DNA of 64,000 nt. It comes from a virus. Numbering within the stretch: position 1 is the first letter of the stretch; every line of letters starts with the position of its first letter. The stretch spans positions 60,741 to 124,740 of IMG/VR virus record IMGVR_UViG_3300037245_001295; one strand, given 5' to 3'. Made by a program: the position numbers and the translations under genes. The notes under the pieces were generated by a model. It had not been told where the DNA came from. It saw only the letters and a program-made list of their open reading frames with translations, and did not search any database. Of the stretch, positions 18,102-26,407 are shown in pieces.

Positions 18102-18616
18102 TGTACCGTTTCGTTCGATGTATACCGAACCCACGATGCCCTGATACACAGGGTTGGTATTTGGTCCTGAAGCCGGGTGATCTTGCGACATTTATGGAAC
18201 TCCATCTGGGGATCGCAAACTTCTACTTTTGTAAGTTTGGTACTGGTGGTTCAGGGACGAAATCTGGACCGGATTTGGGCGTGCCTAGAAACCCAATCCG
18301 GCTTGCAGAATTGTGGCTCGAAACTGTTGAGAAACATCGGGCCGCCGGCACCACGCTTGTAGTAAATTCGTGCGGCGGTATGCTGCCTTTGGACAGTGTA
18401 GAAGTTATCACTGAGGCTGAGTCTGAGAAGATGTACTGGCCTCGTGAGAGAGGGGGCTTTGAGGAGATCACGATTTCCCGGTGGTCGCAAGCGAGTCATT
18501 ACTACCTGTCAAGTGACGCGGGCCGTATTTTCGTGCCGCCCAAGTATGCTCGCTACGAAGATGCCCGCCGGGTGGCCGAGATGTACACTGACAAAATCAA
18601 TGATAAAGGTTGTTAA
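18098..18616 (+). CDS. hypothetical protein
   Basis: GGAG RBS, ATGA overlap. Confidence 0.65.
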   Translation: MMYRFVRCIPNPRCPDTQGWYLVLKPGDLATFMELHLGIANFYFCKFGTGGSGTKSGPDLGVPRNPIRLAELWLETVEKHRAAGTTLVVNSCGGMLPLDSVEVITEAESEKMYWPRERGGFEEITISRWSQASHYYLSSDAGRIFVPPKYARYEDARRVAEMYTDKINDKGC

Positions 18617-18617
18617 G

Positions 18618-18812
18618 ATGGACGATGCAGAATTCCGAGAGTTTCAAGAAGATTTGCAGCTACACCCATACTGCGACCGCCGACTCGCGGCTGAGGCGAT
18701 AATTGCCAGAATTCCTCAGTTGCTTGAAGCTGAAGCCATCCTCCATGCGTTGTATGCGGCCGGGGTGGACAACTGGGAAGGGTACGCCTTTGCTTTGGAC
18801 GAGGTGGAATAA
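18618..18812 (+). CDS. small phage protein
   Basis: C-terminal L.AL.AAGVDNWEGY motif common in small phage proteins. Confidence 0.65.
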   Translation: MDDAEFREFQEDLQLHPYCDRRLAAEAIIARIPQLLEAEAILHALYAAGVDNWEGYAFALDEVE

Positions 18813-18886
18813 TCCAGGGTAGCTCAATTGGAGAGAGCGCCCGCCTGTTAAGCGGGATGTTGCAGGTTCGAGTCCTGCCCCTGGAG
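18813..18886 (+). tRNA. tRNA-Asn(GTT)
   Basis: Full cloverleaf; anticodon arm cccgc-ctGTTaa-gcggg; T-loop TTCGAGT; CCA not encoded. Confidence 0.95.
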
Positions 18887-18889
18887 CTT

Positions 18890-18961
18890 GCTACTGTGGC
18901 AGAATGGTTATGCACCTGATTTGTAATCAGGATTATGTGAGTTCGACTCTCACCGGTAGCT
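18890..18961 (+). tRNA. tRNA-Thr(TGT)
   Basis: Full cloverleaf; cctga-ttTGTaa-tcagg; T-loop TTCGACT. Confidence 0.93.
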
Positions 18962-18981
18962 CTTAACCTTGGAGAACTGAC

Positions 18982-19179
18982 ATGATACGCGGAACTTACG
19001 TTGGCGACGACCCAAACTTGAGGGGCAAGCTCGCCCTCCTGATGTACAAAGGTGGCGGCGTGCTGGCTCAGTTCGATGACCGAACAATCCCCGGCGGGCT
19101 CGCTTACGGATGGCATCAGTTTGAGCGGGCCGACTTCACCGTTGCCGGCAGCCCTTTTGAAGCACCGACGAAAGGTTAG
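18982..19179 (+). CDS. hypothetical protein
   Basis: GGAG RBS. Confidence 0.6.
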   Translation: MIRGTYVGDDPNLRGKLALLMYKGGGVLAQFDDRTIPGGLAYGWHQFERADFTVAGSPFEAPTKG

Positions 19180-19520
19180 TGATGAAACGACTTGACCCGA
19201 GGTTCATTGAAGCGTTCTCCATCAAGACCACGCATCTGATGAAGGCCATCCGTCACATTCAGACGCTTGAGGATCACCTGCCTGATGGATTCCCCGAGCC
19301 TTCTGAGATCGACCTGACGAAGCGTCCTTATGATCTTGAGGTGCTTTGGGAGGCACAGGACATGAAACACGCATGGAAACTACGTACGATTATTAAGGAC
19401 ATGCTTGAGTGCGACGGCAAGTGGCATACACACACCGGCGAACTTGTGTGCCGGTCGCGAGTTAACGTCGGCGGTAAAGCCAGCCTGAATCTTATCATGC
19501 GTATCGAGGTGCTAAAATAG
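19179..19520 (+). CDS. hypothetical protein
   Basis: Coupled to upstream ORF. Confidence 0.6.
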   Translation: MMKRLDPRFIEAFSIKTTHLMKAIRHIQTLEDHLPDGFPEPSEIDLTKRPYDLEVLWEAQDMKHAWKLRTIIKDMLECDGKWHTHTGELVCRSRVNVGGKASLNLIMRIEVLK

Positions 19521-19591
19521 CTCCGGGAGGAGAGTCTTGCCGGTCTGGCAGCGGCGTCATCTGCCGCTATAGACTGACGCCCCCGGAGCTA
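19518..19591 (+). other. intergenic structured element
   Basis: tagctccggg/cccggagcta outer stem enclosing the agcggc/gccgct hairpin. Confidence 0.5.
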
Positions 19592-19609
19592 CAACATAGA
19601 GGAGAAGAG

Positions 19610-19834
19610 ATGGACGAGAGCCCTTGGAGGCGGTGCGTTGTCTGCGCCCAGTGGATGAACCTGGATTCCCACGAAGACGGCGTCGATTACATGACAATCT
19701 ATGGAACACCTGAACGACGCCGCCGTGTTGATTTGGAAGGCAAGCGCCCGTATGCCAGCGTCAGATGCCTCTGTACGACGTGTATCAAAGCCATAGCGGA
19801 GTTAGCAAATGAAATCGAAGACGCCTCAAACTGA
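19610..19834 (+). CDS. Zn-finger hypothetical protein
   Basis: CVVC...CTTC; AGGAG RBS. Confidence 0.65.
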   Translation: MDESPWRRCVVCAQWMNLDSHEDGVDYMTIYGTPERRRRVDLEGKRPYASVRCLCTTCIKAIAELANEIEDASN

Positions 19835-20462
19835 ACTCTCTGTGACGCGGGACGGCCGCCCGGTCTTCCGTGGCGACACAGTCTACGTCACGAGCAATGG
19901 TGGCCCTTTCGAGAAGCATGTCATCGCAGAGTGCTACGCGATGAAGATCGTGTACACAACGCCTGACTCTGACGGTTACGAAGGCGCGAAGCTGGCGGTA
20001 GTGTACGCCGAGCCGGATATGTACACCTGGAAGCTGGTGAAAATCCCCCGCTGGACTGCACCTTATTGGGTGAATGATCTCGGTGATTACTGGCTTACCG
20101 GGGGTGTGCGAATACCTAAGCATGTGGAAGACGTGGTATCCGACGTAGGTTTCGGTCAGTTCAGGGATTTGGATCATACGAAGACAGGCCTCTGCGTCAA
20201 GAAGTCAGATGCGGGTTGGCTCAGCCGTGCTGGCAGATTCTACCCGTGCCGGAATGTTGACCACGAGAACTACGCCAGCTTGATTTTTCATTCGTCAGGC
20301 CGTTCAATGGAAAAGAAGGGCTGGATACGAATCTATAGTAAGCGGGAGTGGATCGCGACGAAGAGGCTCAGCCCAGACCAATTTGAGTGGCTCCATAGTC
20401 GCGGCTATGATACCGAAGACTACAGCAGTGACTTGGCACCGCACCTCTTTGAGACGAATTAA
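19809..20462 (+). CDS. hypothetical protein
   Basis: 217-aa ORF; GWLS..G.FYPC...H...GWIRI C-terminal motif. Confidence 0.7.
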   Translation: MKSKTPQTELSVTRDGRPVFRGDTVYVTSNGGPFEKHVIAECYAMKIVYTTPDSDGYEGAKLAVVYAEPDMYTWKLVKIPRWTAPYWVNDLGDYWLTGGVRIPKHVEDVVSDVGFGQFRDLDHTKTGLCVKKSDAGWLSRAGRFYPCRNVDHENYASLIFHSSGRSMEKKGWIRIYSKREWIATKRLSPDQFEWLHSRGYDTEDYSSDLAPHLFETN

Positions 20463-20463
20463 C

Positions 20464-20811
20464 ATGGAACGATGGAAAGTAGCAGATCGCCAGTTTATGG
20501 CAGCCAGAATCGAACCCGGCGTATGTAAATGCACAGAACGCCCCCTCCGATATTCTATACCGGGGTGGGTGCATCTTGTTAGGCTGCCCGCGCCCCGGGT
20601 GGGCGTGCTGCGGCTGCTATTCGGTCACATGTTTCCCGCCACGCTACCGCCCTGGCCTGAGCCAGTAGAAGTGCAATCCAAGGTGTGGCATACCTCCCTA
20701 GTCAAAAGTAAATGCAACTGGTGCAAATACCTGGAAGCAATGGGTGTCACCCAAGTACGGCTTGACTATGATCCGTGCCGCCAAATGTACACCCTCACCC
20801 GAGAGGACTGA
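20464..20811 (+). CDS. hypothetical protein
   Basis: Tight packing. Confidence 0.5.
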   Translation: MERWKVADRQFMAARIEPGVCKCTERPLRYSIPGWVHLVRLPAPRVGVLRLLFGHMFPATLPPWPEPVEVQSKVWHTSLVKSKCNWCKYLEAMGVTQVRLDYDPCRQMYTLTRED

Positions 20812-20812
20812 C

Positions 20813-21010
20813 ATGATAGTTGTAACAATCGTCTGTGTAGTTGCTGTCGGCCTGATGCTGGCCATTACCGTCCTAGCGGCCATAACGGCACCCACTTGCC
20901 CCGACTGCGGCGGCGTGCTGATACTCGGTGGGGTGGTTCGCACGTCCAAGAGCTACCGATGTTCACATTGTAAGAAATGGTGGTGGGGTTATCAGATTGA
21001 GAGGCGGTAA
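20813..21010 (+). CDS. membrane-anchored Zn-ribbon protein
   Basis: TM helix then CPDC...CSHC; GAGGA RBS. Confidence 0.6.
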   Translation: MIVVTIVCVVAVGLMLAITVLAAITAPTCPDCGGVLILGGVVRTSKSYRCSHCKKWWWGYQIERR

Positions 21011-21012
21011 CT

Positions 21013-21216
21013 ATGTTTAGCTGCAAGACTTGTTATTGGTATATGAATGACGACCTTCCAGACAGTTGTAGGATATGCAAATGTCCGAAGATGTTCTACG
21101 GGTATCGACGTAGGGACGGCGATCAAGCTAGGGATGCGGTTCAAATTGAAGACGATGAGGGTTGGGGCATGATCCCTGGACCAGACTTTGGCTGCATACA
21201 CCACAAGGATAAATGA
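21013..21216 (+). CDS. Cys-rich small phage protein
   Basis: CKTC...GPDFGCIHH. Confidence 0.65.
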   Translation: MFSCKTCYWYMNDDLPDSCRICKCPKMFYGYRRRDGDQARDAVQIEDDEGWGMIPGPDFGCIHHKDK

Positions 21217-21728
21217 TGGACATTATAGAATTCGCAATCAAAGACGACCCCAGACACGAGTCGCTGGCCGAGACGGTGAAACGTCTAGCGCGAGGTGAAG
21301 TGCCACCACCGATGCCGAAGTCGGTGGAGTGGTCGCCAAGGCCCTTCGACATGCGGTTCATCGACAATCTGACCCGCGAGGAGTGTCAGACCGTGTATGA
21401 GCGTCTCCTGGAGCGTGGTAAGCAACTCCGCACGGCAGACCCGTTGGTCTACGGCGTGAAGCGTACTTGGAAAAGCGTCACTCGCTACCATACGCGGGTC
21501 AAAGGAATGGGCTGGCGTCAACTACTGGCATCCGACTTGGAACATGGTGCCTTGTGGCTTACTGCGATCCGCTCGGTGGCTGAGGACAACGCAAAGGCAA
21601 TGGGGAAAGACCGTAGCTGCGTCTTGAAAGATGCCGTATGGGAGGTCTTTGAGATTCCCAAAGTCGAAGCCGTCAAGCTGCCGTGTTACAAATGTCACTA
21701 CGGAAAGAGATCGGAGTTTGTAGGGTGA
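21213..21728 (+). CDS. hypothetical protein
   Basis: ATGA overlap, AAGGA RBS. Confidence 0.65.
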   Translation: MMDIIEFAIKDDPRHESLAETVKRLARGEVPPPMPKSVEWSPRPFDMRFIDNLTREECQTVYERLLERGKQLRTADPLVYGVKRTWKSVTRYHTRVKGMGWRQLLASDLEHGALWLTAIRSVAEDNAKAMGKDRSCVLKDAVWEVFEIPKVEAVKLPCYKCHYGKRSEFVG

Positions 21729-21737
21729 GAAAACCAC

Positions 21738-21765
21738 TTGACTTTCTCCAGAAGTGTGTTATACT
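21738..21765 (+). promoter_or_regulatory. sigma70-type phage promoter
   Basis: TTGACT-N16-TATACT, then AGGAGG and ATG 21783. Confidence 0.85.
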
Positions 21766-21782
21766 TCATATAGGAGGCCCTA

Positions 21783-22052
21783 ATGATTACCAAAGCAGAT
21801 AGAGAACTGTACCCACACCACACTGATGGGGCCATTCTAGGCCTAAAGCTCGTCGGCGGCCTTACCGACGATGCCCTGCAACTATGGTGCGAGGACGCAA
21901 CCACACAACACCCTATCTTCCTGGCCTTGATGACGCTTATGACAGCCGGGGACCATGTCACTAATACCAATTGGCTGCGGGCTCGATTGGCTTATGAAGC
22001 CTATGACCGTGGCATGATTGATGAGTTTGAAGTTGACAGGTTAGCAGCATGA
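21783..22052 (+). CDS. hypothetical protein
   Basis: Promoter and RBS upstream. Confidence 0.7.
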   Translation: MITKADRELYPHHTDGAILGLKLVGGLTDDALQLWCEDATTQHPIFLALMTLMTAGDHVTNTNWLRARLAYEAYDRGMIDEFEVDRLAA

Positions 22053-22702
22053 GACTATTGCGACCATTCACTGGCACAGGCGCGGTGTTCTTCCCGGAAG
22101 GCCCACCACCCAACGGCACTTGCGAATTCACTACGGAGGCGTGTCGCAAGCATTGCTATGTCAACGATCAAAGTGACTTCGATGAAGAAGTGAGGATTCC
22201 TACCTGGGTGAAGCGGGAAGTCTACGACCATATTATCAACCTCCCCATCAGAAAAGTTTGTCGAAGGTTGTGTCGCGATCTAGTTGGATTGCAGACACCT
22301 ATCCTGCACTGGTTTGCGTCAGGCGATTGCCCTTCAAAAGATGTTGGACGGATTTCGGCCATTATCGAATCCATGCCGCCCGACGTTGTCCAGATGGGTT
22401 TCACGAGGAATATCGAACTATGGGAGCGGCACAAGGACATCTTTGCGTTGACATTGGAGAGATTGGGCGTAGCACCTGATCCTCACGCGATGTACTCCTG
22501 CCCAAACTACGAGAAGGAAGTATCAGTCATGTGGTGCCCCAGCTACGATGTTAGGGGCGGGTTTTGCGGCCCTATCCTGTGTAGGGATGCAAGTCGCACA
22601 CACCCTGAACTTACTCACTATATTAACTGCCGAACCTGCCACCGATTGAAGACCGGTTGCTTTGATAGGAGAACGGATGAAACTACACAGTCTGAAGCAT
22701 GA
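22049..22702 (+). CDS. Gp88-like Cys-rich (Fe-S/radical-SAM-related) phage protein
   Basis: TC-x6-C-x3-CY, HWFASGD, C-terminal CxxCxxxxxGC. Confidence 0.6.
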   Translation: MRLLRPFTGTGAVFFPEGPPPNGTCEFTTEACRKHCYVNDQSDFDEEVRIPTWVKREVYDHIINLPIRKVCRRLCRDLVGLQTPILHWFASGDCPSKDVGRISAIIESMPPDVVQMGFTRNIELWERHKDIFALTLERLGVAPDPHAMYSCPNYEKEVSVMWCPSYDVRGGFCGPILCRDASRTHPELTHYINCRTCHRLKTGCFDRRTDETTQSEA

Positions 22703-22759
22703 TTGGTTCCTGTGGGTGTTGGCGGCACTCGCCACCCTTCTCGTAATTGGAGCAACACA

Positions 22760-22930
22760 ATGAGCGTCCGTGCTAATCTGGAAAAAGCAAGTAGTGAACT
22801 TGCGAAAGTCATTGGCATCATCAGCAAGCTATCCGACGCCACCTTGGTAGGCATGATAGGTGATGAAGAAGCCTGGGAAATACGCTGTCAGATGTCAGCC
22901 CTCTTAGCTGACTTGGAGGATGAGGTATGA
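22760..22930 (+). CDS. small helical protein (paralog of 24927-25094)
   Basis: GGAG RBS; MSVRANL...EEAWEI. Confidence 0.6.
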   Translation: MSVRANLEKASSELAKVIGIISKLSDATLVGMIGDEEAWEIRCQMSALLADLEDEV

Positions 22931-23382
22931 ACATGTTCCCAGCCGTAATGCTACTGAGTTCGCTATTCAGCATCCACCCCATCCTGGAGGCTGGTAAGAA
23001 GTTCGACCCCCGCTGTGACATGCTCAAGTATGGGATCACTGACGGTTACCTAACTGGTATGGCTGAATCGCACGCCCGCAGCATGGCCACACGCCAGCAT
23101 CAGGACCACAACGGGTGGGAGCGTCGTTACCACAACATCCATGACAAGTTCCGACGCGGTCCCCTGCCCAAAGACCTGGGGAAGGTCAGCGAAATCTGCG
23201 CCGAGTCCTGGCCGGGCGACGACGCGAAGACGGCCGCCGCCGGCTGTTGGAAGGACTGGAAGACGAGCCCCGGCCATTGGTCCACTGCGGCCGGTAGGCC
23301 CACTCGCTTCGGGGTCGCGATGGCCCGGGGCAAGAATGGGATTTACTACATCTGCATCATCGCCGTATGGGAGCGACCATGA
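22927..23382 (+). CDS. CAP/SCP domain protein, probably secreted
   Basis: AESHARSMA, H, EICA, WKTSPGH, FGVA motifs; hydrophobic N-terminus. Confidence 0.78.
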   Translation: MNMFPAVMLLSSLFSIHPILEAGKKFDPRCDMLKYGITDGYLTGMAESHARSMATRQHQDHNGWERRYHNIHDKFRRGPLPKDLGKVSEICAESWPGDDAKTAAAGCWKDWKTSPGHWSTAAGRPTRFGVAMARGKNGIYYICIIAVWERP

Positions 23383-23657
23383 AACTAAACGCCTGGATTG
23401 AGGCACTGCCCCCTGCTGACAAGGCACGACTGGCAGAGGCACTGAACAAAGACCCCGTCGCCGCTTTGAAAGCCTACAAGGCTTATGCAGGTGCAGAGGC
23501 TCTGAAAGTGCTTCGTGAACTTTTCGATGTACACCCGCTAAGCGATTTCATCTACACGATTCGTGAGTGTGAAGGCAAAGGCTGGGAAGGTCCGCTCGTG
23601 AAGCGATGGGCTGCGGCGTTGGCGCGGGCGGACGCACTCATTGAGGAGAAACCATGA
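23379..23657 (+). CDS. hypothetical protein
   Basis: ATGA overlap. Confidence 0.6.
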   Translation: MKLNAWIEALPPADKARLAEALNKDPVAALKAYKAYAGAEALKVLRELFDVHPLSDFIYTIRECEGKGWEGPLVKRWAAALARADALIEEKP

Positions 23658-23830
23658 AAGAATCATTAGTAATCGCTTGGGTATTTATTCTGGCACTTAT
23701 CGCCATCCTCATAGGTGCCGGCTTCGCAGTATTTGATTGGTCGCCTATGCTAACCCGGTTGGCAATTGTAGAAGCCGCCGTCTTTGGCATCGGTCTTGTC
23801 ATCGCAGTAATATCTAGCGTCATTCAGTAA
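23654..23830 (+). CDS. small two-TM membrane protein
   Basis: MKESLVIAWVFIL...; GAGGAG RBS; below ORF-track cutoff. Confidence 0.6.
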   Translation: MKESLVIAWVFILALIAILIGAGFAVFDWSPMLTRLAIVEAAVFGIGLVIAVISSVIQ

Positions 23831-23853
23831 CCGTGACGCTTCCAGGAGACACC

Positions 23854-24144
23854 ATGACGGCACGAAGCAACTGGCGTGGTCACCCGATTGAGTCGGCCCC
23901 CGTGGGGTGGATATACAGCGACACGGGCGAACCCACCGTTGGCAGTCGAAGACCTTGTGGACGTTGTCACCGCCCACCGACATCTGAGGGGCATGATGCC
24001 TGTCTCGGCACCCTGGCAGGCGTAATGAATGCTTGCTGCGGCCATGGGAACACTGAAGCTGCCTACGTTCAAATGAACAACGGGTCAGCCCGACGTGGGA
24101 AAGCCGCTCTGGAATTTGCACAAGGGTTGTCAAATGAATCTTAA
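23854..24144 (+). CDS. Cys/His-rich phage protein
   Basis: RGHPI...CGRC...GHDACLGTL.GV.NACCGHG. Confidence 0.7.
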   Translation: MTARSNWRGHPIESAPVGWIYSDTGEPTVGSRRPCGRCHRPPTSEGHDACLGTLAGVMNACCGHGNTEAAYVQMNNGSARRGKAALEFAQGLSNES

Positions 24145-24562
24145 ACTGATTGACACTATTCGGATATTGGACTTCCCATTCCATGCTTATGTCGTGGTGG
24201 GTAGTGGGATACTGGCTATTCGGGGCATTCGCCCGGCGAGGGATATTGACATTGTTGTCACTGGTGAACTCTACAATGAATGTAAGAAAAGTGGTTGGCG
24301 TGAAGAGTGGCACGCGGTTGTAAACAAGTATGCCTTGCACAAGCATGTTGGTTGTTTTGAAGTTGAACTCTACCGGGACGTTAATGGTGGTGAGGTGCAG
24401 TTTACATTTGAGGAGTTGCGGGCGTCGGCCGATATATTTCAAAATGCCCCCTTTATTTCCCTCCCTCAAATGTTGCGTGTGAAACAGCGTTGCGCGTCCT
24501 GGGGTGCAAAACATCGTGAAGACGTCGCGTACCTGCAAAGGCTGATTTTCCTGGAGAACTAA
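24134..24562 (+). CDS. minimal Pol-beta-fold nucleotidyltransferase
   Basis: VVGSGILAIRGIRPARDIDIVV (GS...DxD); C-terminal K...D. Confidence 0.75.
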   Translation: MNLKLIDTIRILDFPFHAYVVVGSGILAIRGIRPARDIDIVVTGELYNECKKSGWREEWHAVVNKYALHKHVGCFEVELYRDVNGGEVQFTFEELRASADIFQNAPFISLPQMLRVKQRCASWGAKHREDVAYLQRLIFLEN

Positions 24563-24930
24563 TGATTGACAAGCGCGACATCACGTTCCGGTACACCCGA
24601 GGGCAAGGCCCTGGCGGTCAACGTAAGAACAAAGTCGAGACCTGCGTGATTGCCACACACACGCCCACAGGCCTTGAAGTTCGGGTTGACGGACGCAACC
24701 GCCGCCAGAATCAGAAGGAAGCTGTCAAGCTCCTGACGCAGCGGGTGCGGGAAGCTGCTGCGAAGCGGGTGGCGAAACAGCGGAAGGCGCGGCGCGACCA
24801 CGCAATTAAGAATGAGGAACGCATACGGACGTATGACTACTCGCGAAACCTCGTGACAGATCACCGGACGGGCAAGACAGCCCCGATCAAGGAAATCCTA
24901 GAAAAGGCTAAACTGGAGAAACTGCGATGA
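24562..24930 (+). CDS. truncated class-I release factor / peptidyl-tRNA hydrolase (GGQ domain)
   Basis: GPGGQRKNKVET, HTPTG, IRTYDY...VTDHRTG; only 122 aa. Confidence 0.88.
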   Translation: MIDKRDITFRYTRGQGPGGQRKNKVETCVIATHTPTGLEVRVDGRNRRQNQKEAVKLLTQRVREAAAKRVAKQRKARRDHAIKNEERIRTYDYSRNLVTDHRTGKTAPIKEILEKAKLEKLR

Positions 24931-25094
24931 ACACGAGGGCGTACTTAGGCGGGTTGCACTACAATACAAAACTTCTGTTGCAGAAGATCGCCACCATGAC
25001 TGACGACGAGGTAAACTCAGTGGTGTCAGAGGAGGAGGCTTTTGAAATGCAAAACTTCGTCCGTGACATTCTAAACCAAATAATGGAGAACTGA
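24927..25094 (+). CDS. small helical protein (paralog of 22760-22930)
   Basis: ATGA overlap; MNTRAYL...EEAFEM. Confidence 0.6.
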   Translation: MNTRAYLGGLHYNTKLLLQKIATMTDDEVNSVVSEEEAFEMQNFVRDILNQIMEN

Positions 25095-25095
25095 T

Positions 25096-25308
25096 ATGGG
25101 ATGGGCCGGAGGAAGTGACGTTATGACTAGCATCATCCATGGTGCTAAGAAGCGATTTCCGCATGATCCAGAGATACGGCGTGACATTTATGAGATTACC
25201 ATCTGGGCACTTGACGGGCATGATTGGGATACACACGACGAGTGCATGGGTCAAGATATTGAGTTCGACAAGGCCCTTGAAAAACTACGACCGGAGCGTA
25301 GAGACTGA
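25096..25308 (+). CDS. small phage protein
   Basis: MGWAGGS...DWDTHDEC..D. Confidence 0.65.
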   Translation: MGWAGGSDVMTSIIHGAKKRFPHDPEIRRDIYEITIWALDGHDWDTHDECMGQDIEFDKALEKLRPERRD

Positions 25309-25309
25309 C

Positions 25310-26089
25310 ATGCCCAAGTACCCTGAGTTAGCCGACTACAAGACTCTTGAGATTCCCGTAGGCGTGATCTACTTCGACCGGGCGTTCAACAGCCGGGGCG
25401 TGTTCGCGCCTCAATCGTGCGTAGAGCTTGCCGAGAGTATGCGGGCCAAAGGCTTGAAGATTCCCATCATCGTTCAACCGCGCGGGGATGCCAGGGGTGT
25501 TCCGAAGGGGTTCGAGTATCGTATCATTGCCGGGCACCGCCGGTACACGGCCGCTAAGCTGTTGCTACAGTGGGTCACTATCCCGGCAACTGTAGTCACA
25601 GGCTTGTCTGAGAAGGACGCCAGGGTCACGAATCTGATCGAGAATCTGGCCCGGAAGAATCTAACGCTGTACCAAGAGGCAGTCGCCCTTCGGCATACCT
25701 TCCCTGACCCGATCTCTTACGAGAAGATGGCTAAGGAGGTGAGCAAGAGTTCCTCGTGGTGTCGAATTCGGTGTCGTCTGCTAGAGGCCCCAGAAAAGGT
25801 GCAGGAACTTGCCAGAAAGAACATCTTAGGCGCGGCCGATCTGAAGTACCTGACGTACAAAACGCCCGACGAGCAGCTAGCTATAGCGGCAGAGATCGAG
25901 ATTGCCAATTTGCACGGCGAGACTCTGCTAAACTACAGGCGTCGGAACAAGAAAATACGGCGAGCCCGCAACCTCCGGGACATTGATGAAATGCTGACTA
26001 TGCTCATGGCTAAGGGTGTATACCCAGACCCGTACAAAGCGCTATCGTGGGCTGCCGGAAGAATACCAGACGAAGAACTTTTAGGCTAA
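25310..26089 (+). CDS. ParB/Spo0J family protein
   Basis: PIIVQP, IIAGHRRYTA, ENLARKNL, HTH-like segment; start at MPKYP. Confidence 0.88.
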   Translation: MPKYPELADYKTLEIPVGVIYFDRAFNSRGVFAPQSCVELAESMRAKGLKIPIIVQPRGDARGVPKGFEYRIIAGHRRYTAAKLLLQWVTIPATVVTGLSEKDARVTNLIENLARKNLTLYQEAVALRHTFPDPISYEKMAKEVSKSSSWCRIRCRLLEAPEKVQELARKNILGAADLKYLTYKTPDEQLAIAAEIEIANLHGETLLNYRRRNKKIRRARNLRDIDEMLTMLMAKGVYPDPYKALSWAAGRIPDEELLG

Positions 26090-26090
26090 T

Positions 26091-26106
26091 TGGCACGGGA
26101 GTTGCA
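26091..26106 (+). promoter_or_regulatory. sigma54 (-24/-12) consensus site
   Basis: TGGCACG-ggag-TTGCA directly after the parB stop. Confidence 0.65.
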
Positions 26107-26107
26107 C

Positions 26108-26365
26108 ATGTATGTAGATCAACAATTAAGAAGGCTGCTTGTACGGTATCGCGGGAGGATTCTGTTTGACTACTCAGGTCCACAGGACGTGTGTTGCCTC
26201 AGTGCGCGGCGTGACGGCTCGGCCGACGATGATTGGGTTTATGTCTCATTCACCCTCCCCACGTCCCCTGAGGACTCTTACGACCGTGCAGTCATCGCCT
26301 TGAGGGGTTGGCTGACAATGCCGCAAGCTCGGTATGACAAAGAATACCCAAAGGATTCCAACTGA
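26108..26365 (+). CDS. hypothetical protein
   Basis: ORF between the two sigma54 sites; start uncertain. Confidence 0.5.
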   Translation: MYVDQQLRRLLVRYRGRILFDYSGPQDVCCLSARRDGSADDDWVYVSFTLPTSPEDSYDRAVIALRGWLTMPQARYDKEYPKDSN

Positions 26366-26366
26366 T

Positions 26367-26382
26367 TGGCACGGAATTTGCA
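26367..26382 (+). promoter_or_regulatory. sigma54 (-24/-12) consensus promoter
   Basis: TGGCACG-gaat-TTGCA, intergenic, then AAGGAGG and ATG 26408. Confidence 0.75.
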
Positions 26383-26407
26383 CTATTAGTATGCCAAGGA
26401 GGCCGCA

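Noticed and set aside
18813-18961. tRNAs as a prophage attachment site
   Set aside because: No integrase, no duplicated tRNA 3' end, and phage-type genes continue on both sides
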